DNA of 64,000 bases, from the NCBI GenBank assembly GCA_030704615.1, contig CM060733.1, forward strand, positions 22,196,001 through 22,260,000. The letters run 5' to 3'. Made by a program: the position numbers and the translations under genes. The notes beneath the pieces were generated by a model. It had not been told where the DNA came from. It searched no databases and saw nothing but the letters and a program-made list of their open reading frames with translations. This document shows, piece after piece, positions 36,171 through 47,742 of the stretch (position 1 is the stretch's first letter; each line of letters opens with the position of its first letter). The stretch is from Takakia lepidozioides. Lineage: Eukaryota > Plantae > Bryophyta.

Positions 36171-39100
36171 TGTTGTAGAAATATACCTATAGCGCATATA
36201 CGGTATGAGGTTGGTAGTGTACCGACCTGTAGTTGGGTAGCTTCTTGGCATAGCAAATATAACGATGAGCTTAGATGAGCTTGTGCCGAGAGTTCTGATC
36301 ATTGTGCTTAGGTGGTGCAGTGGGTGTGAGAGAAAGTGAGCGATAGCAGTGTACACTTGGATTGTGAAGCTATGTGTATACTTTCACAATCAGTGTTAAT
36401 ACAATCTCTTTGCTATATCGTTGTGCATAATTCTTGGAGTCAATTGAGTGCACTACTTCAATAGGTTATGGGCCCACGAATCTCTTCCGGGTTAGTGCAT
36501 TGGTCTAAAAGCGGTATTGCATTGTTTTAGTTTCTTTCTCGTTTATGTTACGTTAGATATTGTGTCTACAGTATCTGTGTCAATCAAGCCGTTGAGCTTA
36601 AATACAGTGAAGTCATGTCGTCGCACTTGCAGTACACAGGATAGGGTTTCTTGTCCCCAGTATAGAGCTCTTGTGAGTAACTTTGCAACAGTGGGAGCAC
36701 TTGGGTTATGTCTTTTGGGTTTTAAGTTCAAAGTGTACGTCGTCAGTTGTTCCTTTTCTTTGCTTCACTTGTCGTCAAACGTAGCAAGCATGGTTGATCT
36801 TCGAGATCTGGGCAATATTAGGAGGTTCTCAGGACAAAATTTCCATATGTGGCAGTTTCAGATAAGAGCTCTCTTTCTTGGAAAGAAGCTGATGGACATA
36901 GTTGATGGCACCACAACGAAACCTTCCAATGATGCCGAGGGTTTAGCTGCATGGATCAAGAAAGATAATCAGGCAGTTTTTCTTTTGTGCCAAGCCGTGG
37001 AGGAGAAGATATCCAAATATATCATGGGATGCAAGACCTCCAAGGCGATCTGGGATAAATTGAGGGAGATACACGATCAGCATTCGCATGAAAGCATTCA
37101 CTATGTTCAACAGTGTTTCTTTGATATTACCATAGATGAAGGTGATAGCATTGCAGATTTCTTGGGTAAGATCGAGGAGGCGCGATGTGAGCTCACAAAT
37201 CTTGGAGATAATACATTCACTGACAACACAGTCATGGCCAAGATTTTAAGTCAGCTGCCAGCAGCATATGGATCGTTTCAATCATCACGGGAAAACGTCC
37301 CTGCAGTTGAGCGAACGATAAGTATCATGACTGGGAGGCTGATCAGAGAAGAATCAAGAATGCGACCAAGAAAGCAGAGCCAATGGCAAAAGTGCAAGTG
37401 TAACCGCATATGCAGCATCGTTCAAAGGAAAAGGTGGCTCACAGTTAGGAAAACCACCGCTCACGCTTGAGCAACGTGAACAGCGCAGGAAAGAAATAGT
37501 AGAGCGAAAGAAAACAACAGAATGCTGGAACTGTGGAGCCACTGGACATTGGAGCAGGGAATGTACAAAGCCAAGAAAGTCACTGGAAAATAAAGAAGTG
37601 CAAAAGACTGACACTGACTCATCGAAGGTGCATCGAGCCTTCATGGCTTCAGAGTCAGGACCCTGCTCACAACATTGGTACATGGACAGTTGCTGCTCAC
37701 AGCACATGTGCCAGAATCGAAGTTGGTTCTCAACTTACAGCGATATCTCAGAAGAGAAGCAAGTGGTGGAAGGGATCGGAGGTGTGGTGCTGTATACACA
37801 AGGGATAGGTGACAATATTTTCCACACCTGGGTTGATGGAAAACAAACCACAGGAATTCTCAAGGATGTTGTCCATGTGCCCAAGCTTGGCAGAAACTTA
37901 TTCTCTACCTCTCGAGGAGCCCAGAAAGGAATTGATACCCTACACACCAAATGAGGATGTTGTCTTATGGCTGATAGAGAAGTCGTGATGAAGGGAGTGG
38001 AAGAGTATGGAATCTATAGACTGTCAATGACGGTGGTATCCTCGTTGGAGTCCTCAAGAAACACCGCATTCTCCGCCAGTACAATTGGTGTACAGAGCAA
38101 AAAGGGCTGCACTCAGAGCTTGGACGTTTGGCACAAAAGACTTGGTCATGTCCATCATGGAATGATCAAGCATATGGAGAATAGAGACATGGTTGATGGA
38201 TTGTTTATTTCAGGGCGAAGGGAGGATCCACCCTTTTGCGTGGGCTGTGCTTATGGAAAAAGCCACAGATAGCCTTTTCCTTGGAATGAACACAGGGAGA
38301 AGACCACAGAGATTGGAGATTTGGTGCATTGTGACCTATGTGGCCCAATCAACGTGATCAGCATTGGTGGCACAAGATATTTCGCATTATTTAAGGATGA
38401 TCACAGCGGGTTTAGGGTCATTTTTTGCATCACACATAAAACAGCCACACTGGATTGTCTGCGTCGTTTCTATGGACAGATGCAACGTGAGACAGGCAGG
38501 ACCATCAAGATCCTCCGATCAGATAAAGGAACAAAATTTTGCAATGGAAAATTTGAAGAGTTCATGAGCCAGAAAGATATCAAGCATGAGCTCACTTGCG
38601 TTTACTCCCCTGAGCAGAATGGGGTGGCGGAAAGAGACAACCGTACTATTATTGAGTCTGTGTGCAACATGATACACGCTAGCAATGTTCACCCACAGTT
38701 TTGGGGGGAGGCTGCGCACACTGCAGTGTATTTGCTCAATCAAACCGGAAGCCATTTGCTGGACAACGTCACACCATACCAGCTCTGGTACGGCGTCAAG
38801 CCCTCTATTGCTCATGTGCGAGTTTTTGGCTCCAGTGCATATGTTCACATACTTTCTGAGCTCAGGAAGAAGTTGGACCAGAAAAGCAAATATTGCATCT
38901 TGATGGGTTACAGTGAGACAAGCAAAGCTTATCGTTTGTGGGATAATGAGTCCCGTCGCATTATTGAAAGCCGTGATGTGCTATTTGATGAGCTTAGTCA
39001 TGAGAGTGGCTCATCTGGAGAGGCCCCATCTAACAGCTCTTATGTCTGTTTGAGCGGCATTTTATTTGATCCACAGGCGCCAGTACCATTGGGACCAGTG

Positions 39101-40235
39101 GGAGGTGCTGATATTGATCCATTGCCCCATGTGCTTCAACCAGTGGGAGACATCATGGCTAGCAGCCCCGAACTACTCACTCCTCTCGAGCTCACCCACT
39201 TTGGAGACGACGAGTGTGACCAGCAGAAGGTGACAGACCCCACAGGTACTAGAGTTTTGAATGAGCAACAAGCTTTTGCTTCTTGGGATGACACAAGTGG
39301 CGATCCCTCCAGTAGCCTTCCAGAATTTTTGGTGTCAGAACCCGCACACCCTGGTGGCTCGTCCAGCCACGTTGAGCCTCACATGCAGCCCATGCAACTC
39401 GAAAGTCACGTATTTCCTGAGGAACGCGCCACTCGATCTAGGCATCCCCCGGAACGCTATGGCAATTGGGTTGTCCCGATTGGACATGGTAGCTACACTT
39501 GCAATGTTGCCACCACCCAACTACCTACTGGATACTTGCCAGTCGAACCCCTGACGACTGATGCAGCCCTCAAGTCTCCGGAACGCCAGCAATGGATCGA
39601 AGCAATGCAAGAAGAATATGATTCATTAATAGAAAATGGAACTTGGCTCTTGCAAGATTTGCCAACAGGAAGAAAGGTTGTGTGTTCCAAATGGGTCTAT
39701 AAGGTCAAGCTTGCAGCTGATGGAAGCGTGGCCCGTTTTAAGGCTCGTTTCGTCGCAAAGGGGTTCACCCAAAAAGAAGGTTTGGACTACACTGAAACTT
39801 TCAGCCCAGTGGCCAAGTTTGATTTGATTCGCACCATTCTCTCTATAGCTGCAGCAGAAGACATGGAGATCACTCAATTTGACGTACGAACAACCTTTCT
39901 GTATGGCGAAATTGATGAGGAGATATACATCCCGAGTGGGAGTGTTGTAGAAATATACCTATAGCGCATATACGGTATGAGGTTGGTAGTGTACCGACCT
40001 GTAGTTGGGTAGCTTCTTGGCATAGCAAAGATAACGATGAGCTTAGCTGAGCTCGTGCTGAGAGTTCTGATCACTGTGCTTAGGTGGTGCAATGGGTGTG
40101 AGAGAAAATGAGCGATAGCAGTGTACACTTGGATTGTGAAGCTATGTGTATACTTTCACAATCAGTGTTAATACAATCTCTTTGCTATATCGTTGTGCAT
40201 AATTCTTGGAGTCAATTGAGTGCACTACTTCACCA
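36171..40235 (+). mobile_element. Ty1/copia LTR retrotransposon, internally deleted (most of RT and all of RNase H missing)
   Basis: 293-bp LTRs at 36171-36463 and 39943-40235 (about 9 differences by eye); 5-bp TSD CATCA (36166-36170, 40236-40240); PBS GGTTATGGGCCCA at 36464; PPT GAGTGGGAG at 39934-39942. Confidence 0.96.
36790..39930 (+). pseudogene. Copia gag-pol (gag, zinc knuckle, protease, integrase, RT N-terminus); frameshift and stops
   Basis: 'FSGQNFHMWQFQI', 'CWNCGATGHWSREC', 'WYMDSCCSQHM', 'WHKRLGH..CVGCAYGK', 'VHCDLCGP..LRSDKG..NGVAERDNR', 'FKARFVAKGFTQKEGLDYTETFSPV..QFDVRTTFLYGEIDEEIY', then directly the PPT. Confidence 0.93.
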
Positions 40236-42940
40236 CATCAGCAGATGGATCACCCTCGCATTAGCCCCCATAATGGCCGTACGGATACATTTTAGCAAGA
40301 GTTTCGCCACCTCAGGGTCCTTCGCCCATCATTCATTCGTTCAGAGAAAATGGACGTAATCCGTCCATTGGGATCTATCGCTAACGGAAACTTTACCCGA
40401 GTATGGATGAAGATATGTTTAGATATATTTCATTCGTCCAACTAGTGCAGAGTATCATTTTAACTTAAAACTTTAAAGGTAAGTAGTAGACTGGAGCCCT
40501 TGAAAATCATATTCAATAAAGAGCAAGGGAAAGAACCATGCAGGCGAAAGAGAAAGGGAAAGGGAAACTGCTGGTTAGAGCCTACAACATGTCTCCTTAA
40601 CAGATTGTACTCATAAGACGTTGTTTGCCGTAGCCTTGTGGCCATTGACCCCGCGCCCAGTTTGAGCGGGAACAAAAGGGACAGAACCTACCTCTGTCAC
40701 GGGCTGTGTTGGTAGTAAGACTTACCTCCATATAAAGAATTAATCCGGGTTTTCCAGATATCCTCTAGAAATCCCTTCACACAAGCATCAATATGCTCTG
40801 CGTGATTTGCCCAAAAACTAGGCCTCAGGAGGGCATGGGCTTTTGGCTCAGCCTCGAGACTTTCAAAGTTGGTAAACAGGGTACAGGCACAATTCCCTTA
40901 ATAGATTTGAAGAGAGCGTCTCTTTGGTGAGAGAACCCCGGACAGTGTATCAGAAAATGAATATTGTCTTCAGATTGCCCACACAGAGTTAACTAGCCAA
41001 TGCGACCGCCCAACACTTGAGCACCAAGAAGAAGGTATGGAGTGCACCATGGAGGCAAGGATCCTAAACGTGAGTTGCCGGAGAGGCTCAAAGTTCAAAT
41101 TTTTTGAGTTCCAATTTCTCTTACACTGTGCGGTTGATGGCGTATGCCTAACTTAGGCGATTCTGTAGCACAAAGCCAGCTAGTGTATCCTCCGGACCGA
41201 GGGACAGCTGCATAACTTAGTGTTGCAAGCAAAACCCAAAGCCCTCCATTCATCACCCATAAAGCACTGCCAAAACATTTTGTTTATATTTATCGTGCCA
41301 TTAAAAAGTAAAATTCATCGGGGTGCTTTTCTTTACGTAAGGTAATGCCCCTCTTGTGGGGCATTCCCGGATTTTTGATCGACTTGTTTTGGACTCCAAT
41401 TGACTTGCCAAATGAATGTCATTTCAGCAAGGTTATTTTTTCCTTGCTTCAATAAAGTTTATAAGGGCCTCTGTCCCCTTTTCTTTTAATAAACAAAAGT
41501 CGTTTCTAAGTGTGGATATTCATGTCTTGCTTCTATGTTACACATGAAGAACGGATTCTGTGGGGCCATGGAATCTACTCTCAAATTTCGCTTCATTTTA
41601 TATTTAATTTTAAAGAAAGAGGCGGACCCTGTGGATCAAACAACTTTTTTCTGTTTTTTTGTTTTTTTAATGAACAGGGGACAGAGGGCGGCCCTGGATG
41701 ATTTTTATTGAGTTTATTATAGGGGAAAAAAATTAAAATCCCGGGGGTACACCATGAGGCACACATACCGTACAACATTCATAGCTGCACTTGCACAGTT
41801 CTCGCTTTACTCTAATTCCTTTCTATAATCCTGGAATTGAGAGTCAGCGTGCCCTGAGGGCAGACTCGAAAATCCAGGAAAGACAGAGTGTCAGAATTTC
41901 ACCTGTCAGATATTTCCCCCGCCACTGCCCGGATTATAAAAAAGCCCCAGGTTCAGGATCCTAATCCAGAATTGTCCGGGCAGAGCGACCAAATGAAGTT
42001 CTGCTTAGGGAGGTCATTATAGGGAATTTCCGAGCATTGCTTTACGTGGTGAAAAATGGCGAAAAAATCTGAGTAGGGCCCAGTGGGAAACCTGGGAAGT
42101 GATGTCCCTTGCATTATGTTTGCACCTCATAACGTGGCCACTTTGGCAACATAGGCCATGCCGCAATCCGAGGGGCCCTTCTTGGGATGCACAAAAGGGA
42201 TGACTAGGCTTCGTGCTTCTGCTTTTGTTTCTTTCCCTACACTTGTTCATCCCTCGGTGGTCCCCTTCCCCTCGCGACTCACACTCTGTGTTCACAATTC
42301 TTGTTGCCTATGGAAGGGAAACAAGTACATTGAATGTCTTTTTTGGTGTTCAACCAAGACATCTATTCACATACACATTTTGGGTTCCAGAAGCTGCCTC
42401 GTGTAAAGCGATGTTGGGTTCAAAGCTGTCACATTGTCCAGCGGGTTGGGAATATTCCATGAATGGAGTTGGTTTGCCTCCCTCCCCATGTAACACCCAA
42501 GTTTCCTTTTGATTTTATATTAATGGAGGATGGAATTTGAGTAGAAAGAATCTTGCTGATTCAAAGTGAGCGTCATACTCTCATGACTTGTGAAGGAAGC
42601 GCACCTGCGCAATTTCAACGCTATCTATCAGGGCAAGGAAGCAGATAGAGTGTGCGAGTGTGCGAGTGTAAGGTGGGAGTGAGATATGGGGGTGTGATCC
42701 CGGGACAGCGGCCTAAAATGGTGGGACAGCCAGACACGCAAATCGGGGCGGATACTGAGGCGGCCTTTGCTGTCAGTAATCACACTCCAGGAAAGGAATT
42801 TTGAACTTTGAAGCTTCCTCTTATAGCCCTCTCTTTTGCGCTCTGGGATCTCATCCTTTCCCGCTGGTCTTAATTTCAGGTATTACCGCCACAGCTTGCC
42901 ATAACTTCATAGCATATGCCAAAAATGTATACTTATATAC

Positions 42941-42970
42941 GTGTTTGTTTGTTTGTTTGTTTGTTTGTTT
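42941..42970. repeat. (GTTT)n microsatellite
   Basis: About 7 GTTT units. Confidence 0.9.
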
Positions 42971-44199
42971 CAAAATCTTTGCGGGTTTTGTTGCATGCAC
43001 ACATTTTTGGGCTCCGGTGGCCGTTGGTGTTTCGGGAGTCGCCATAAAACGTGGGAGGATGGTGGTGGGTCGCTTTTCCAGGTGACAGCCTGCATGAATA
43101 AGTAGCCAAGCCCGTGACATGAAAGCCAAGATATTTGCGTTTATCCAAGGCCTCGAAGTTCAAAAAAGCCTGTTTAGTCTGAAGAATGACAATCTATTGA
43201 GGGATTCGCAGAAGCGTGAGTCACATTCTTGGCTAGCTATTTCGAGCCTCATCCTTCCACGAACCTTCATTACCTAGTCAACGTTGGGAGCTCCCCAGAA
43301 AATGTTCCCATGTTCTTGGAGTTCCTTTGTCTTGCCTGCTCGAGTTCTTTTGCTTCCTCTCATTCCTATCGGAGTTCCCCAGAGTAATCAGCTCCTTTAC
43401 ATGAACCGTGACACTAATTGATGAGATGACATTCGATCACACAAATCTTGGTAGAAGAATGTTCCCGAATCTGACCGCTTTACATTGCAGATCCATATAC
43501 ACGAGAGACGGTCCCTCCATACGGGTAGATAGATAAGGCAGTAGAGTGGCAAGTCCCGTGGTGCTTCAAGGCGGTAGACCGTATTGACCGAGCTGAAGCT
43601 CTGTCTGTGGCCGCTTCTCCCCTTGGGTCCCACACTCACCGCTTCTTGTACTTGAACTACTAGTAGGGCCGCTTACTAGCATTGACCTCATTTCGATAAC
43701 CCGTACCAATTGCAAAAAAAACTTGTGTTGCGAGGGCAGTGGAAGCCTATGCTCGGTCTGATGGGTGTTCCAAGTTTTACTTTGGATGAAGGGTTTCGTT
43801 GACTAGTTCGGCGGAACTGTATAAGCAATTCACGTAGGAATAGAAGTACCAGTGTTTGAAAAGCAATGCCGCAGCCAATGGAATTGGGTATGTGGGTTGT
43901 TATTACCGCGGTCGTCGCCTCCAGTCATATGCTATTTTTCCATGACTCCCTCGTAATATATGATCAAGGCTCCCCGAGTCCCCTTTCCCCAAAAAAAGAA
44001 AAGAAGGGGGTGGTTGAAAGTAGAATATTGGATGCTTGCAATCATCCGTTCGTCTTTATAAAGAGCTTCCCCCAAGAAAAACGGGAAGAGACTTGTCATC
44101 ATCTGCAAACATGCAAATAATTCCACCGTAGGAGCTGGATGAAACGTACGTAGTGGATGATACCCACCACACTCGCTCGATGATTCATTCAGTCGGGCG

Positions 44200-46260
44200 A
44201 GGCGGTATTGAGTATTGGTTGGGCCAACGCGGGTCAATCTCCGCGTCGACGGTGGCGATTGACCAAACCTGGTTCCTGGTTCCTGGTTCGGCGCCTGCCG
44301 AACCTAATGTCGCATGACCATGGTTAGCGCACACCGGCCGGCTACCTGGAGCCGGTCAAGCGACTCACGAACGTCCGCGCGGTCAACCACGCGTGTTTGT
44401 ACAGTCCTGCGGTGACCGTGCGGTTGGGCCGAGGTAGGCGTGCCCGCCCAAAGCGAGAGCACGAAAATCTAGGAGAGTACCTTACCAGGTGCGGTGACCG
44501 CACCCCGCGACGTCATCCGCTTATCCTGCCCAGGTTTTCTCGGCAGCGCCGGAGCTGACCGGCCCGGAATCCACACGCGCGAAGCGAGCATGTGTGGGGC
44601 ACGTTTATTCCAGTGCCAGTAAATCGGATCTGATCTACATTCTGCTTTTACTCTGCATCGATCCCTTTTCGCTCCCACTTCTTCCCTGTGCCAACCCGAC
44701 AGTAAAGAGGTTTCGGGTGGATTTGAACCCGAGATCTCCTCATTTGGAGCGTGCACGCAGGAGCTGTGGCAGTACAGGCGAGTAAAGTCGAGTTATCCGA
44801 CACACGGCGAAATGAACGCCTGAAAATTGAAGCGCGCAAACCCGGCAGGTGTCCCGGTAGCTCCCTAAAACCGGCAGGGTGCAGAAAGGCTAAAGTTGGG
44901 CGAGGCCAGCCGTACGAGACGGTCGTACGACTGCCGGTCGCCAGCATTCCCGGCCGGCCTTTCCCCAGATTCCGGCCGTGCCCACTTGGCCACCCTGGAT
45001 CGCGGGCAGCCCCCCTGGAATCGGCGGCCGCCCAGACTATCCGCGCGAGTGGTCCCCCATGCCCCCCCCATCCCTGCCTACCATACTTACTCGTAGCTTT
45101 TCCGTGAGGCTTTCCTCTAGAGGAGGCCCGTAGGCCGGATGATATTTAACGGGTCGACCTGGGATCGTTCGTTCGTTCGTGGGGAAGAAATGTATTGGAT
45201 TTGTGTTGTTGGTAGGGTCCCAATGAGAGACAAGGAGGCAACAAAAGCAGCATTTTATAAATAGGGAATTGTTGTGGGAAAACTTGAAAGGGAGGCGTGC
45301 ATGGAAGTGCGCGCCAGATTTGATGCATGGTCCCTATTATGGGCAGGCGCTTCCCAATATATACTACGTGGATTGTTTCCGTCTGCCCGTCTTCCGTCGG
45401 GCACCTACTCCCAATCATCCGCAATTATTCTTTAACCGGGGACACGCGGCGATGAAATGACGGCCTGGCTAACCCGCGATGGGTTGGCGAAGTTGGCCAC
45501 CCGATAGAACGTGGGGTGGATTGAAGGCAGGGCAGCGCTGGAGCGTCAGTTAATCATTAACCCTGGTACAGTTACGAAACTGGTTGATTATCCTGTTTTG
45601 GATTCTCTCTAACCAGCCCTCTCGTTAACTAACCGTGCTTAACGTACCAGCGTCCCCTAACCCAGGATGGTTAGCCGTCGAACCAAGCGTGGACGTTCAG
45701 TCCACGCTATCGGTCGCCATACACGACGCAACAGAGACTGGGAAATCGGGTTCGGCTTAGGCTCGGAGGATTGGTGGGGACATCCTCTAACCTGATGTCT
45801 AACCGGGGTCAGCTACGGTTGACCGTAATGGCCTCGGTCAAAAGGGTCGCAGTCCTGCACTTAGATCGCAAGTCCGGACCTCTAGGTCCGGCTCGTGGGC
45901 TATCCTTGGAGGTATCGCAAATCTGTAGGCTCGGTAGGCAGAAGAGAGAAGGGCGAGCATTAAATTTGTCGAGATTAACGCGGGTGTGCGAGACAAGTAG
46001 AAGGAGGAGGCCCAGTGCAGAGTGACACGAAGAGGAAGGTGATTAGTGAGGTAATTAGGGGTGATTATGGCGGGGTATGGTGGGTAGGAAGGCAAGGAAG
46101 GCGAGGTTCGGCAGGCTGGCAGGGTGGGCGGAAAGAGACGGCCGCGTGGGGGCAGGGGGAGAAGGAAGCGGGGGGCGCAGCGCTGCATAGGCTGCGGGCC
46201 CCGGCTGTCTGCCCCTTTAGACAGGACACCTCCTTCTCCTCGCTCGCATTCACATCGCTT
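44200..46260 (+). promoter_or_regulatory. GC/CpG-rich upstream region of the RAV gene
   Basis: Visibly CpG-rich with no credible ORF, followed by a pyrimidine-rich 5'UTR-like tract from ~46220. The function is inferred from position. Confidence 0.4.
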
Positions 46261-47742
46261 TGCTACGCAGACACACCCTTGAGCATCTGTGGAGCTTCCT
46301 TGTAGTGTTCTGTGAGGCGGCCCTGCGTTTTAGAAGTCTATGTGGTGCCCTTTGTGGTGCCCTTTGTGGTTCTTGTCAGGTTGTCTTTGTCTCTGTTTTC
46401 CTGTCTCTCTCTTTCTGTGCTGGTTCGGTTTTCTCTCTTGGTGGGCGTTGGGTAGACTCTGTGGATTCGTTTATGCGTGTTGATGCGAAGGGCAGAAGTA
46501 GAGGGGGACTGAAAGGCACAAGGACAGACAGATGCTATTGAAGAGTTGTCTTCAGAAAGTGAAAGGCGGGAGTTACAGTGCACCTTACACTTACTGGCAC
46601 AGTTGTGGCATTTGGAGCTTCAAATTACTCAGTTCCACTGCTCGCAAGCTGAAGGTGCCCTATCCTTTCCCTCTCCTACTTTTCTGTCTGTGTCTTGAGA
46701 CTCTTCTCCTGACACCACCCACACTCGGATGAATCTCTACTTCAACTCAGTCATGAGGTTTCCCTTGCCGCGAGAGATGAGACTGCTGTGTCTTTGCCCA
46801 TTCCCCCGTCTCTCTCGTATCATGTTCTGGCATTTACACCTAGAATCGATACAGAGCTGGTGAGACTTTGCATAGCTAAAAGCAGGGAAGTGTAACGTGT
46901 GATGGGTTGTGTAAACAGGAGGGAGCATTGACGACCCAGCAGCAGTATGATCGCTGCCACTGCCTTCATACCAACCCTCCTCATGTTACCAAAGGTTTGT
47001 ACACCTGTTCACACTATATATACCATGGAAGTGTGTTTTCAACGTCTCAAACTAACCTGAATGTCTTACAAAGAAGATGGCGCCCGACGATCTGTAACTG
47101 AAACCTCGAAGCATACACAGTCCCGATGCATGCATCAACCACTGTTAGGGGCGAGTCTGGACAGTTCGTTACGGACTGTGATTTCCTCCCTAGCTGATCA
47201 AGGCCCCACGGTTCCGTTTTTGGGGCTGCCACCAGCCAAATGTAGCATCCGTGCTAAAGCATTTGAAAATGCTGAATCAGAGAATACAGACTACTCGAAG
47301 AAGTAAGACACTCACAAGATTGAAGTATGATACCGATTTGTCTTATATAAGACTAAAGTTTTCAGTTTTCATGCATCATTGGTACACGAAAGAAGAGGTT
47401 TACTATCATTCGAAACCTGTTGAGTTCTGTTAAAGACTGTCGCTGTCTACCTAACCCAATAGATAGCTTTGTATAAAGTTCTGAAATTGCGCGAGTTCGT
47501 CATCTCTAGCGTTCTCTCTCTTCGTACGAGCTTCAAAATCCTAGCCAGACGAAGTGCAACGTGGATGATGTATTCGACTTTTCTGTTGTGGATCGAACTG
47601 CCCTTAGGGCTCACGAAAGGAAGACTTGAAGTAGGAAGCCAAGCTTACCAATGTTGAGTTAACATTACAACTTTAACTCCCTGTTTTTCAGGAGGAAAGA
47701 ACTGTTGATCAGTGGCAAGAATCCAGGTGGCCACTTCTGCGG

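Larger units (their letters stand above)
35100..41300 (-). mobile_element. Highly degenerate LINE ORF2 relic interrupted by the Copia insertion
   Basis: Remnant 'SQKRGVLIKKTRQHKLTLRPLS' resembles the pre-RT motif (..LIPK....WRPISL); decayed coding-like sequence continues on both sides of the Copia TSD. Boundaries are approximate. Confidence 0.35.

Noticed and set aside
45083-45140. ATACTTAC resembling the U1 snRNA 5' end
   Set aside because: Continues TCGTAG rather than CTGG; no recognisable U1 stem-loops or Sm site.
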